In this document: piece by piece, positions 49,901-59,373 of the stretch | Layout of the letters: each line of letters begins with the position of its first letter | Numbering within the stretch: the first letter of the stretch is position 1 | Assembly: GCA_002256005.1 (NCBI GenBank) | Contig: NKIQ01000017.1 | Coordinates: 5,040 to 69,039, forward strand | Source of the DNA: Alphaproteobacteria bacterium PA4 | GTDB lineage: Bacteria; Pseudomonadota; Alphaproteobacteria; Sphingomonadales; Sphingomonadaceae | Reading direction: 5' to 3' | DNA length: 64,000 nt | The notes under the pieces: model-generated | What the model was told of the DNA's origin: nothing | The model's database searches: none | The model's input: only the letters and a program-made list of their open reading frames with translations | Position numbers and translations under genes: made by a program

Positions 49901-52708
49901 ATAGAAGCCGCCGATGAGCCGCTTGCGATAGCTGTAGGTCTCGCGCGAGAACAGCTTGACCCGCACCCGCTGGTTGCGGACCGGCCGGCCTTCCAGATCG
50001 ACGACCACCAGTTGCAACCGCAGGTCGTCGGACTTGGCCAGCCAGCCATCGGTCCGGATGCCGACCCTGAGGGCGGCGGGCTCCAGATCGATGCGGCTGC
50101 CGGTCGTCGCGACCTCGCCATTGGCATCGTCATAATCCATTTCGGCCACCAGCTGCGACGGCCCCGTCACGGCTGCGACATCGACCAGCAGCCGGGCAAC
50201 GCCCTTCGGCCCCAGCGCCACCGGCTGCATCGCGGCGCGCAGCGGCGCGCGACCGGCGTCGGGTTCCTCGCCATCGCTGCCCAGCGGGACGATGCCCGGC
50301 ACGACATTTTCGCTGTTGAACGACCAATTGTCATAGCCGGAAACCTTGACGGTGCGCGGCTCGACGATGGTGCGCAGCTTGACCGGCGCCGAGGCGACGG
50401 CGCCACCGGAAAGATAGGTCAGCGCCAGATCGACCGGCACCTGGCGCGGTGCGACAAGGCGCTGGCGCGGCCCGCTGACACTCGCCCGGATGGTCGGCAG
50501 CCGATATTCCTCGACCTTGAAGGCGCCGGCATCGCGGGCACCACCGGTCTCGTTCAAGAGCACCTGATAATCACCCAGCGGCGCCGTCCTGGGAACCGTC
50601 CAGCGCGCCGTCGCGATGCTGCCCGCAACCGTCAGCGGCGTTGCGAATTCGGTGTCCGACCCCAGATGGCGCAATGTGAGCGTGCGCGCCGTGATCGCCG
50701 GTGACGGCCCGAAGCCGGCATCGCTGCGCAGCCGCGATATCAGCTTCATGTTGATCGTTTCACCGCTGCGCAGCAGCGTGCGGTCGAACACCGTATGCAC
50801 CGCCTTCGGTTCATAGCCCCAGCCCTGCGGCAGGCTGAAATCGCTGCCCTGGATACCATTGCCCCAGGTCGACAGGGTGAAGCTGTAGTCATCGGCGGTA
50901 CGGGCGCTGACCATCAGCGGGTGGCTGTCATCGGAATCGCAGCTGCCATAGCTGTTGGGCGGCGGCAGCACATCCCCGATCAGGGCGCGGCCCGACCGGT
51001 CGGTGCGGCCCTGCCAGTAAAGCTTGCCGGTGCAGCTGTCGCTGATGGCAATCCTGGCGCCGGCGACCGGCGTTGCATCGGCAAGACGGGTGACCCAGGC
51101 GAGGCTGCGGCCCTTCCCCCATTGCCAGTGCACCGCCAGATCGGTGACCAATGCACCGGTGGCGACATAGCGCGTGCGGCCGGCGCCGAGCAGCGCCGCG
51201 CCGAGCGCTGGCGAGGCTATCTCGACGACATGAAAGCCCCTGGTCTTCAGCGGAATGCCGACAACTTCAAGGCGGCGCGGATCCCTGTCGCGTTCGATGC
51301 GAAAACCGCGCGCGCCCGATCCGCTGGCGATCAGCGGCGTGCTGCGCGTGGTTTCGATCGTGCGTCGATCCTCGCTGCCGGCGATGGGTTCTTCGATGAA
51401 GCTGCGCTCTTCCGCCTTGTCGAGCCGGCGCAACCAGGCGGCCACGGCGGCGTCGCTCGCCACCGGCAGGTCGCGCGCCGCCAGCGTTGTGCCACCGGCC
51501 GCCAGGGGTCGCTCGATACCGCGCAGGGTGACCGGCAACACGCCGCCCTCGGCCGCCTCGATGATCCCGAACGTGCCGCCGAACTTGGCGAGCGGCGGAA
51601 ATTCACCGGTCGCTACCGCCAGCGGAAAGCGCGCCGCATTGGCCAGCGGCCGCCCGGCATCATCCCGCAACTGCGGCGGCAGGGCGATGCGATAGTCGCT
51701 GCGCGCGACAAAGAGCGCCGGCCATTCGACCTGACCGACCGTGGTGACACGATTCTTCGGCGCCATCGGAGCGATCGCCTTGCCATCGGGACCGATCAGC
51801 CGCACCGCCAGGGCATCGGCCAGCGGCACCTCGCCGGCAAAGGCCAGCCGCATCGCCTGCAGCGGCGAACAGGCCGCGGCGGCATTGACCCGCGAACATT
51901 CGAAGCGTGCCGTGAACGCCGGCCGCACGGTAAACGCCAGCCGATTGGGCGCGGCCACTGTCAGGCCATTGGCGGTGGTGATGCCGCCGCCCCAAATGAT
52001 GCCCAGCTTGCCGCCCGGCGGCAGTGTCCGCCGGCACTTGGCGGCAAGGATGGTCGCACGCGGCGGCGTGACATCATCGCCATATTCGGCCTTGCGCCAG
52101 CCGGCGATCTCCATGAACCGCCGCACGCTGTAATCACCCGCAGCGCCGCCGATCACGCTATCACGGGTCTTGTCCGGCAGGATGTCGAGCGGCACGGCCT
52201 CGCCGACCCCTTCGATCAGGCAGGCCGCATTGGCCGCGACCGAGGCCGCAGTCGGCGGCGCCGCCAGTGCCAGCAGAAAGACCTGATCCTCCTCGACAGT
52301 GCCGCCGAACGGCAGCGTGCCGCGCACCGCGGGACCGCCGGTATCGAATTCGAAGCGCTGTTGCCCGCCGACAGGGGCGCCGCGCAGATCCTTCAGGCCC
52401 GGCTGCAGATCATAGCGGCACCGCTGCCCGCCCGGTAGCGGTGCCGGCAGGTCGACAACATAGCTTTGGGCATCCGCCCAGCGCCCGGTGGCACCCGCCG
52501 AACAATTGCCGGTGACGGGGGCCGGCAGGCGCGGATCGCCCAGCGCCACCATCGGCGTGGTGAAATGCACGGCGATCTGTTCCGGCCCCTGCACCGCGCC
52601 ACGCGGGGAAAAACGATCGACCCTGGCGGTCGGCGCGCCATTCACCACCGCACCGGCAGCCGCCAGCGCCAGCAGCGCCGCCCCGATGATCCAGCCGCTT
52701 CGCGTCAC
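46943..52708 (-). CDS. bacterial alpha-2-macroglobulin family protein (YfhM-like) with thioester motif
   Basis: 1921 aa, GTG start, N-terminal signal/anchor. CIEQ thioester (YPYDCIEQQ) encoded at 48332-48343. Long MG-domain-like body. Confidence 0.85.
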   Translation of the reverse strand: MTRSGWIIGAALLALAAAGAVVNGAPTARVDRFSPRGAVQGPEQIAVHFTTPMVALGDPRLPAPVTGNCSAGATGRWADAQSYVVDLPAPLPGGQRCRYDLQPGLKDLRGAPVGGQQRFEFDTGGPAVRGTLPFGGTVEEDQVFLLALAAPPTAASVAANAACLIEGVGEAVPLDILPDKTRDSVIGGAAGDYSVRRFMEIAGWRKAEYGDDVTPPRATILAAKCRRTLPPGGKLGIIWGGGITTANGLTVAAPNRLAFTVRPAFTARFECSRVNAAAACSPLQAMRLAFAGEVPLADALAVRLIGPDGKAIAPMAPKNRVTTVGQVEWPALFVARSDYRIALPPQLRDDAGRPLANAARFPLAVATGEFPPLAKFGGTFGIIEAAEGGVLPVTLRGIERPLAAGGTTLAARDLPVASDAAVAAWLRRLDKAEERSFIEEPIAGSEDRRTIETTRSTPLIASGSGARGFRIERDRDPRRLEVVGIPLKTRGFHVVEIASPALGAALLGAGRTRYVATGALVTDLAVHWQWGKGRSLAWVTRLADATPVAGARIAISDSCTGKLYWQGRTDRSGRALIGDVLPPPNSYGSCDSDDSHPLMVSARTADDYSFTLSTWGNGIQGSDFSLPQGWGYEPKAVHTVFDRTLLRSGETINMKLISRLRSDAGFGPSPAITARTLTLRHLGSDTEFATPLTVAGSIATARWTVPRTAPLGDYQVLLNETGGARDAGAFKVEEYRLPTIRASVSGPRQRLVAPRQVPVDLALTYLSGGAVASAPVKLRTIVEPRTVKVSGYDNWSFNSENVVPGIVPLGSDGEEPDAGRAPLRAAMQPVALGPKGVARLLVDVAAVTGPSQLVAEMDYDDANGEVATTGSRIDLEPAALRVGIRTDGWLAKSDDLRLQLVVVDLEGRPVRNQRVRVKLFSRETYSYRKRLIGGFYAYDNSRETREIGSGCTGTSDAQGRLGCRLDAGISGEVLAVADVSDAAGRTARASTSVWLAGDDDWWFGGDNGDRMDVVPENARLAANGIARLQVRMPFRSATALVTVMRDGVIDSFVTTLSGKDPVVEVAMKPGYAPDVYVSVLAVRGRVAGWRLWLADLARRWNLPWLSREAASPTALVDLAKPSYRLGMARLTVGWERNRLGVTVASDRPSYPVRSAAGAKVTVIPPKGRALPRDAEIAFAAVDEALLQLQPNDSWDVLSAMMAERPLGVSFATAQTQVVGKRHYGRKAVAAGGGGGSGAALVRRDFNPVLVWRDRVRLDARGQALVPLRLNDSLSGFRLVAVATAGNDLFGTGMTTIRTTQDLQLLPGIPPFARDGDAYVATVLARNTTTAPMRVRLTGSAGTLRLPPLDLTIPAGGAQTAAWRVVAPAPGRIVWQIAAHAAGGQTDQVAVTQTITPAVPVETWQASFFQAGGSALPMASPAGALPGQGGVTVALSGSLGGDLPGVRAYMAAYPYDCIEQQLSRAVALGDRAGWDRAAAALPGYLDGNGLVRFFPADWIAGDDALTAYVLRLSAASGWPLPETARAPMIAGLTGFVMGRVVRSHADVLVVDKGSGRATRADLSGDEPVRLVTAVSALAAVGAARPTMLEPLNVTPDNWPTVTVIDWIGLLERLPVPGGAARMAQAEAVLRARLDVQGTTLRLNRSDAPFQLLASPDATAAQLLALAVRRPAWRSEAPRIARALMLAQRRGHWDTTPANALGTLAVRDFQRAFEAAPVTGATRVALGGQQRSFDWAGTPAPQILPWPVGTASLGVRHTGAGAPWVMVTARAAVPLTKAFASGFGLSRQVSPVTQAVPGQWSRGDVMRVRLTITPRAPAEWVVINDPVPAGATILGGTLGGRSQLLADAEGSGNGMPPSFVERRGDAVHAHYAALTRAPVIYDYTLRLGSVGSFRLPPTRVEALYAPDMMAMLPNAPLVVAPAP

Positions 52709-52874
52709 AACGGTCCTTCAGGTCCAGGCGCGCAAGATGGCGCATGGCCGTTGGCGCGACAAGACCGGCAACCACCGGGATTTTGAAAATGTTTCGGGCC
52801 AGCAGGCCCGGCTTGCGCGCACGACCACAGGGGTGCAGGATTGCGCCCTTATCCGGCAAGACAAGGCTGCCCGC

Positions 52875-53651
52875 ATGACCGCTGCCACGACAGAGTTTGC
52901 GCCCGGGGCGACGCGGTTGCGCGCCCCCAGCCTGTTGCTCACCCTTTCGGAAGGGCGCGGCCTCGCCGAATTTGCCGCCGGCGTGGCGATGCGGCCGATG
53001 ATGCTGACGGCGCCGCGTGGCGATGGCCATCCGGTGCTGGTGCTGCCCGGCTTCATGGCCAGCGACAAATCCACCGGTTTCCTGCGCAAATATCTGACCG
53101 ACCTGGGCTATGACGCCCGCGCCTGGGGCAATGGCCGCAACCTCGGCCGCTTCTACAAGATGCGCGACGTGCTCAGCCGGCAGCTGCGCGACCTGCACGC
53201 CGAAACCGGCCGCAAGGTCTCGCTGGTCGGCTGGAGCCTGGGTGGGGTCTTTTCGCGCTATCTGGCGCTGACGCATCCCGACATCGTGCGCTCGGTGGTC
53301 ACCCTCGGCAGCCCCTTTGCCGGCGACATCAACGCCACCAATGCCAAGCGATTGTATGAATATATGTCGGGCGAAGGCGAGCCCGATCCCGGCGATCTCG
53401 AACGGCTGGCCGGTGACCTGCCGGTGCCGAACACGTCGATCTACACACGGCTCGACGGGGTGGTGAACTGGCGCACCTGCCTGCCCAGGCCCGCCGCCAA
53501 TGCCGAAGCCATCGAAGTGCATCTGGCCAGCCATCTCGGTATCGGCGGCAACCCCGCCGCGCTCTGGGCCGTCGCCGATCGCCTGGCCCAGGCCGAAGGC
53601 AGTTTCACGCCGTTCGTGCGCAATGGCCCCTTCGCCTACGCCTATGCCTGA
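52875..53651 (+). CDS. alpha/beta-fold hydrolase (lipase/esterase-like)
   Basis: 258 aa from ATG 52875, with nucleophile elbow GWSLGG and VLVLPGF. Confidence 0.7.
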   Translation: MTAATTEFAPGATRLRAPSLLLTLSEGRGLAEFAAGVAMRPMMLTAPRGDGHPVLVLPGFMASDKSTGFLRKYLTDLGYDARAWGNGRNLGRFYKMRDVLSRQLRDLHAETGRKVSLVGWSLGGVFSRYLALTHPDIVRSVVTLGSPFAGDINATNAKRLYEYMSGEGEPDPGDLERLAGDLPVPNTSIYTRLDGVVNWRTCLPRPAANAEAIEVHLASHLGIGGNPAALWAVADRLAQAEGSFTPFVRNGPFAYAYA

Positions 53652-53756
53652 ACCCGCCTATTGACTTTGGGAGGCCAAGGTCAGCACTCTGGGCAGCGGG
53701 GAAAGACAGGCTTGGATCACGGGCTGCGCCCCCGGCATGTAAACAGGGGGGATCGC

Positions 53757-55310
53757 ATGGGCGAAGCTGTCAAATTGTCGACGCTGGATGCAGCGTTCCT
53801 GTATCTGGAAACGCCGGAAATGCCGATGCACGTCGGCTCCCTGTCCATGTTCCAATTGCCCGAGGGTTATGAGGGCGATTATTTCGAAGCCTTCAAGGCG
53901 CAGATCGCCGACCGGCTCGCCGACGCGCCGATGTTGAAGCGCAAGCTGGCGCGCACCGTGCTCGATTTCGACAATCCGAGCTGGGTGGAGGACGACCAGT
54001 TCGACCTCGACCGCCAGATCTTCCGTGCCAGCCTGGCGGCGCCCAACGACATGGCGACGCTGCGCCGCACCGTCGGCTGGATGCACGCCAAGCTGCTCAA
54101 CCGGGCGCGGCCGCTGTGGGAATTCTATCTGTTCGAAAACATGGTCGACAATCAGGTCGGCCTGTATGTGAAGATCCATCACGCGCTGATCGATGGCGGC
54201 GCCGGCATGGCGCTGACCAAGATCATCTATGACACGATCCCGAACCCCCAACCCAGGGTGCGCGACACCGCTGCCGCAAAGCCCGAGAAGACCGACAAGC
54301 CCGGCAAGGCCGGCATCGCCGCAACCGCGACATCGGCGGCGACATCGGCGATGGAAAGCTATCTCAACTTCTGGCAGGCACCGTTCAAGGCCGATGCCGG
54401 CAATTTCAGCCTGCCGCGTTCCGGCAAGACCGATCTCGGCTCGGTGCTGATCGACCATATCGCCGGCCAGGTCGAAATGGGCGTCAAGCTGGTCGGCGCG
54501 CTGCCGGCAATGACCAACATGGCCGCCAAGAGCCTGCCGATGCTGTTCGATCCGGCGCGCCTGTCCGACCTCAGGAACATGATCGCGCCCAAGACGCCGC
54601 TGAACAAGGCCATCAGTTCCGAACGCGCCTTTGGCACCATCACCCTGCCGCTCAGCCGGGTGAAGGCGGTCGGCAAGGCCGCGGGTGGCTCGATCAACGA
54701 TGCGGTGATGGCGATTTCGGCCGGCATCCTGCGCCGTTTCCTCGCCGAATCCGACAGCCTGCCGGCCCGCTCGCTCAGCGCCGGGGTGCCGATTTCCCTC
54801 CGCGAAGAGGGCAATGCCAACACCAACAACCAGGTGTTCGCCATGGTCTGCCAGCTGGCCACCCATATCGAAGACCCCAAGCAACGGCTCGCCACCATCA
54901 TCGCCGAATCCGGCAAGTCCAAGGCCATGGTCAGCCCGTTCAAGGATTTCGTGCCGATGCTGACCAACGCCTCGATGGTCGGCCTGCCGATGGCGGCGCA
55001 GGTGCTGGCGCTGCTCTATTCGCGCTCCGGCCTGTCGGATGTGCTGCCGCCGGCGACCAACGTGTGCATCTCCAATGTCCCCGGCCCGCGCATGTCGCTC
55101 TATGCCGCCGGCGCCGAACTGCTGCACCTTTATCCGGTGTCGATCGTCACGCATGGCATGGCGCTCAACATCACCGTGCAAAGCTATCGCGACCAGTTGG
55201 AGTTCGGCCTTATTGCCGGCGCCAACATTTTGCCCGATGTGCAGCGCGTCGCCGACATGATGGCCGACGAACTTGCCATGCTGGAATCCGCCTTTGAACT
55301 CGCTGCCTGA
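53757..55310 (+). CDS. wax ester synthase / acyl-CoA:diacylglycerol acyltransferase (WS/DGAT) family
   Basis: 517 aa. N-terminal LDAAFLYLETPEMPMHVG, catalytic HHALIDGGAG (HHxxxDG), C-terminal NVPGP. Confidence 0.85.
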   Translation: MGEAVKLSTLDAAFLYLETPEMPMHVGSLSMFQLPEGYEGDYFEAFKAQIADRLADAPMLKRKLARTVLDFDNPSWVEDDQFDLDRQIFRASLAAPNDMATLRRTVGWMHAKLLNRARPLWEFYLFENMVDNQVGLYVKIHHALIDGGAGMALTKIIYDTIPNPQPRVRDTAAAKPEKTDKPGKAGIAATATSAATSAMESYLNFWQAPFKADAGNFSLPRSGKTDLGSVLIDHIAGQVEMGVKLVGALPAMTNMAAKSLPMLFDPARLSDLRNMIAPKTPLNKAISSERAFGTITLPLSRVKAVGKAAGGSINDAVMAISAGILRRFLAESDSLPARSLSAGVPISLREEGNANTNNQVFAMVCQLATHIEDPKQRLATIIAESGKSKAMVSPFKDFVPMLTNASMVGLPMAAQVLALLYSRSGLSDVLPPATNVCISNVPGPRMSLYAAGAELLHLYPVSIVTHGMALNITVQSYRDQLEFGLIAGANILPDVQRVADMMADELAMLESAFELAA

Positions 55311-55347
55311 CCTGCCGACCGCCGAACCCTTGCCGACTGCCCCCGCA

Positions 55348-56499
55348 ATGCCTGTCGCCGTGATCGCGCCGTTCCAGGCGATGACGATCAGCCGCCGCGC
55401 GCATGCGCTGGGCGCGGCCGGCCGCTCTATCATCCACATGGAATATGGCCAGCCGTCGACCGGCGCCCCGGCCTCGGCCCTGGCGCGGGCCCGGCAGGTG
55501 CTCGATACCGACCCGATGTCCTATTGGGAAAGCCAGGCGCTGAAGGCGCGGATTGCCCGGCATTATCACGACACCGACGGCATCAGCGTCGATCCCGAAC
55601 GCATCATCCTGACCTGCGGTGCATCGCCGGCGCTGGTGCTGGCGCTGTCGACGCTGTTCGCCCCCGGCGCGCGCGTGGCGCTGGCCCGGCCCGGCTATGT
55701 CGCCTATCGCAACACACTGAAATCCCTCTACCTCGAACCCGTCGAAATCGCCTGCGGCCCGGCCGAGCGCTACCAGATCAGCGCCGCCGCCATCGCCGCC
55801 ATCGAACCCGCCCCGGCCGGAGTCATCATCGCCAGCCCGGCCAACCCGACCGGCACGATCATCGCGCCCGACGAACTCGCCGCCATCGCTGAGGTGTGCC
55901 GGGCGCGCGGCATCCGCATCATCTCCGACGAGATCTATCACGGGCTCAGCTATGTCGGGCGCTGCCGATCGCTGGCCGTCGATGCCCCGGATGCGCTGAT
56001 CATCAACAGCTTTTCCAAATATTTCAGCATGGCGCCCTGGCGGCTGGGCTGGCTGCTGGTGCCGCCTGATCTGGTGGAGCCGGCGCGGGCGCGGATGAGC
56101 AATCTGTTTCTGACCCCGCCGTCGCTGTCCCAGCACGCCGGCCTCGCCGCCTTCGACGATGTCGCCGAGCTCGACGGCCATATCGCCACCTATGCCCGCA
56201 ACCGCGACCTGATGCTGGCCGCCCTGCCCGCCATGGGTCTGGCCAGCATCGCACCGCCGGATGGCGCCTTCTACATCTATGCCGACATCGGCCATCTGAC
56301 CGACGACAGCCTGGCCTTTTGCCTGCGCCTGCTCGACGAAACCGGCGTCGCCACCGCGCCCGGCGTCGATTTCGATCCCGTCGATGGCCACCGCTTCCTG
56401 CGCTTCAGCTTTGCCGTAGCGACGCCGCAGGTGGAGGACGCCATCGCCCGGCTGGTGCCCTGGTTCGGCGCACAGGCATCGCGGGGCGCGGCTGCCTGA
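55348..56499 (+). CDS. class I/II PLP-dependent aminotransferase
   Basis: ANPTGT, DEIYHGL and SFSKYFSMAPWRLGW (PLP-Lys region). Start at ATG 55348 is a best guess. Confidence 0.75.
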   Translation: MPVAVIAPFQAMTISRRAHALGAAGRSIIHMEYGQPSTGAPASALARARQVLDTDPMSYWESQALKARIARHYHDTDGISVDPERIILTCGASPALVLALSTLFAPGARVALARPGYVAYRNTLKSLYLEPVEIACGPAERYQISAAAIAAIEPAPAGVIIASPANPTGTIIAPDELAAIAEVCRARGIRIISDEIYHGLSYVGRCRSLAVDAPDALIINSFSKYFSMAPWRLGWLLVPPDLVEPARARMSNLFLTPPSLSQHAGLAAFDDVAELDGHIATYARNRDLMLAALPAMGLASIAPPDGAFYIYADIGHLTDDSLAFCLRLLDETGVATAPGVDFDPVDGHRFLRFSFAVATPQVEDAIARLVPWFGAQASRGAAA

Positions 56500-56503
56500 T
56501 GAC

Positions 56504-57706
56504 TCAGCGCACGAAGCGCGCCACCAGCTCGACATGTGTCGACCAGCGGAACTGCGCCACCGGCCATAGCCGATCGAGCCGATAGCCGCCTTCAACCAGG
56601 ATTGCAGCATCCCGACCAGAGGTATTGGGATTGCAGGATACCGCGACAACGACCGGCACGGCCGAGGCCGCCAATTGCCGGCTTTGCGCCTCGGCGCCGG
56701 CGCGCGGCGGGTCGAACACCACGGCATCCAGGCCGGCCATTTCCGTCGCCACCAGTGGCCGGCGGAAGAGGTCACGATGCGCCGTCGCAATGGTTCGGCG
56801 ATGCTGACGCGCGGTCGCCGCCAGCGCCGCCACCGCCGGCCCGGCGGCATCGGCGGCGAGCACGCGGGCGCGTGCCGACAGCGGCAGCGCGAAGGTGCCG
56901 AGCCCGCAGAACAGATCAGCCACTTGCTTCGCCTCGCCCACCGCCTCGGTCACCGCCGCGACCAGCGCTGCCTCACCCTCGCGCGTCGCCTGCAGAAACG
57001 GCGCCGGCGGCAGCGCCACCGGTACGCCGCCCATGGTCAACATCGGCAGGCGTTGCTCGACCAGGGTCTGCACGCCGTCCGGCCCATCGATCGACAGGCG
57101 CGCCAGATCCTGGGCTGCGGCAAAATCGGTCAGCCGCTCGATCTCGGCCAGCCGCTCGGCCGGCACATTGGCGAGCAGCACGTCGATGCCGGTGTCGCTC
57201 ACCGTCAGCGTTACCCCGGCACCCTGCCCGTCGGCCAGTGCGGCCTGCAACAGCCGGCGCAGCGGCGCGATCAGCGCGAACAGTTCTGGCAGCAGCACCT
57301 CGCACTGCATCAGGTCGATGACGCGGTGGCTGGCGCCTTCGTTGAAACCGATGGTCAGCCGGCCACCACGCTTCAGCGCCCGCAACGCCGCCCGGCGACG
57401 ACTGCGCGGCGGCGACAGGGACAGCGGCGCGATGCTTTGCGGCACGATGCCCGGCATGGCGCGCAGGATGCGATCGGTGACGAAATCGCCATAGGCGGCA
57501 TCGGTGACATGCTGGAGCTGGCAGCCGCCGCAGCTGCCGAAATGCCGGCACAGCGGCGTGACATGGCCGGGGCCGGGGGTGACGATGGCGCGCTCGCCCT
57601 CGAAGCGCACCGAGTCCCCCACCGCCGCGCCGGACACGAAGCGGCCATCGGCGGTGACGCCATCGCCGCGTGCCGCCAGCCGCACGATGGGCAGGTCGCC
57701 GCTCAT
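56504..57706 (-). CDS. class I SAM-dependent RNA (uracil-5) methyltransferase, RlmD/TrmA family
   Basis: N-terminal TRAM-like segment, 4-Cys cluster CRHFGSCGGCQLQH, SAM motif DLFCGLGTFALP, and a C-terminal VSCNP catalytic Cys. Confidence 0.75.
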   Translation of the reverse strand: MSGDLPIVRLAARGDGVTADGRFVSGAAVGDSVRFEGERAIVTPGPGHVTPLCRHFGSCGGCQLQHVTDAAYGDFVTDRILRAMPGIVPQSIAPLSLSPPRSRRRAALRALKRGGRLTIGFNEGASHRVIDLMQCEVLLPELFALIAPLRRLLQAALADGQGAGVTLTVSDTGIDVLLANVPAERLAEIERLTDFAAAQDLARLSIDGPDGVQTLVEQRLPMLTMGGVPVALPPAPFLQATREGEAALVAAVTEAVGEAKQVADLFCGLGTFALPLSARARVLAADAAGPAVAALAATARQHRRTIATAHRDLFRRPLVATEMAGLDAVVFDPPRAGAEAQSRQLAASAVPVVVAVSCNPNTSGRDAAILVEGGYRLDRLWPVAQFRWSTHVELVARFVR

Positions 57707-59100
57707 GGCGCCGCCAGCACGGCCGGCAGCAGCGCCGGAATGTCGTCGGCGATCAGCCCCGGGCCGCCGCGCCGCCCGCAATCGCCATGCAGCCAAGCGC
57801 CGACCGAGGCTGCATCGAACGGCGCCAGCCCCTGTGCCAGCAGCGCGGCGATGATGCCGGTGAGCGCGTCGCCGGCGCCCGCCGTCGCCAGCCAGGGCGC
57901 GGCATGGCCGTTGACAGCCGTCCGGCCATCGGGCGCGGCAATGATCGTCTGCGACCCCTTCAGCAGCACGACTGCGCCGCTGGCGACGGCGGCGGCCTGG
58001 GCGGCACCGATGCGGTCCGCGCCGATGGCGCCGAACAGGCGGGCGAATTCACCGTCATGCGGCGTCAGCACCAGCGGCGCGGTGGCGGTGGCGAACGCGT
58101 CCTGCGGCCCCTCCCCCAACAGCGCCAGCGCCCCGGCATCGATGACCGCGGGGATCGTACCCGCCAGCACCCGCGCCAGCCAGTCCCGCCCGCGCTGATC
58201 GGCGGCCAGGCCCGGCCCGATGGCGATGGCGCGCGTGCGCGGGTCGGCGAGCAGCGCGAGGCCAGCGGCATCGTCGCGCTGCATGATGGCATCGGCCGGC
58301 ACCGCCGCATTGGGGCAGATGAGCGTCACCAGCCCGGCGCCGGTGCGCAGCGCCGCCAGCGCCGTCAGCCGCGCCGCGCCGCTCAGTGCGCCAGCGATGA
58401 CGGCAACCGAGCCGCGCCGGTATTTGTGGGTGTCGGCCGGCAGCGGCAGACGCCGCGGCGGCGTCACCAGCGAAGTGCCACTGACACAGGCAACCCCGAT
58501 ATCGGCGACCACCAGCCGACCCGTCAATGCCGCGCCCTCGCCCAGCAAATGCCCGCGCTTCGCCGCGCCGAACGTCACCGTCAGATCCGCCGCCAGCGGC
58601 CGCCCCATTGCCGCGCCCGTATCGGCATGCAGCCCGCTGGCGATATCGACGGCAATCACCGCCCGCGCAGCGCCGCGCAGGCGATCCAGCACCGCCTGCA
58701 CATCATCGGGCAAAGCCCGCGTCAGCCCGGTACCGAACAGTGCATCGACAACCACCGGCCGCGACGGCGCCGCCGCCAGCGGTAGCACCACATCGCCCCA
58801 CCGCGCCGCCATAACCGCCGCCGCGCCCGCCGTCGGCACGCCCAGCGCCGCCACCGTCACATCACGGCCCCGCGCCCGCAATTCTGCTGCAATGCCATAG
58901 CCATCGCCGCCATTGTTGCCAGGCCCGCACAGCACCAGCACGGCATGGCCCGGCTCGAACGACTGGATCGCTGCCAACGCCGCCGCCACCGCCCGCTCCA
59001 TCAGCACCAGGTCCGACACCCCGGCCGCCATCGCCGCCGCCTCGGCCACGCGCATGTCGGCCGCCGTCAGAATCGGTAAGGCATGTCCCGGAACCAGCAT
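57703..59100 (-). CDS. nnr: bifunctional NAD(P)H-hydrate repair enzyme (epimerase / ADP-dependent dehydratase)
   Basis: YjeF-N motif VLCGPGNNGGDGY and a C-terminal carbohydrate-kinase motif GAGDALTGIIAALLAQG. ATGA overlap with the downstream methyltransferase gene. Confidence 0.85.
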   Translation of the reverse strand: MLVPGHALPILTAADMRVAEAAAMAAGVSDLVLMERAVAAALAAIQSFEPGHAVLVLCGPGNNGGDGYGIAAELRARGRDVTVAALGVPTAGAAAVMAARWGDVVLPLAAAPSRPVVVDALFGTGLTRALPDDVQAVLDRLRGAARAVIAVDIASGLHADTGAAMGRPLAADLTVTFGAAKRGHLLGEGAALTGRLVVADIGVACVSGTSLVTPPRRLPLPADTHKYRRGSVAVIAGALSGAARLTALAALRTGAGLVTLICPNAAVPADAIMQRDDAAGLALLADPRTRAIAIGPGLAADQRGRDWLARVLAGTIPAVIDAGALALLGEGPQDAFATATAPLVLTPHDGEFARLFGAIGADRIGAAQAAAVASGAVVLLKGSQTIIAAPDGRTAVNGHAAPWLATAGAGDALTGIIAALLAQGLAPFDAASVGAWLHGDCGRRGGPGLIADDIPALLPAVLAAP

Positions 59101-59143
59101 CCCCGCCTTGTCACGCCGGATGCACGGTGTAACAAGCCCCCTC

Positions 59144-59353
59144 ATGCGCGCCCGCTCACTATTCCTGCTGCTCCCGCTCGCCGCCGCCGGCTGCGCGCCC
59201 TCGCCGCTCTACGTCAGCCACGGCCAGCCCGGCACCGTCGGCGAAATCCCCCGCGATGGCCGCGGCGAACCGATCTGGACCGCGATTCGTCCCACCCCCG
59301 CCGGTTCGCCCGCACCGGCGCTGCCGGTTCCGGTGACACCGCCGCAGCGTTAG
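59144..59353 (+). CDS. possible small lipoprotein (69 aa)
   Basis: MRARSLFLLLPLAAAGC is lipobox-like, followed by a Pro-rich tail. The SD is poor and the gene lies only 44 nt from the divergent nnr start. Confidence 0.4.
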   Translation: MRARSLFLLLPLAAAGCAPSPLYVSHGQPGTVGEIPRDGRGEPIWTAIRPTPAGSPAPALPVPVTPPQR

Positions 59354-59373
59354 AACAGTTTGCAGACTTTAAT

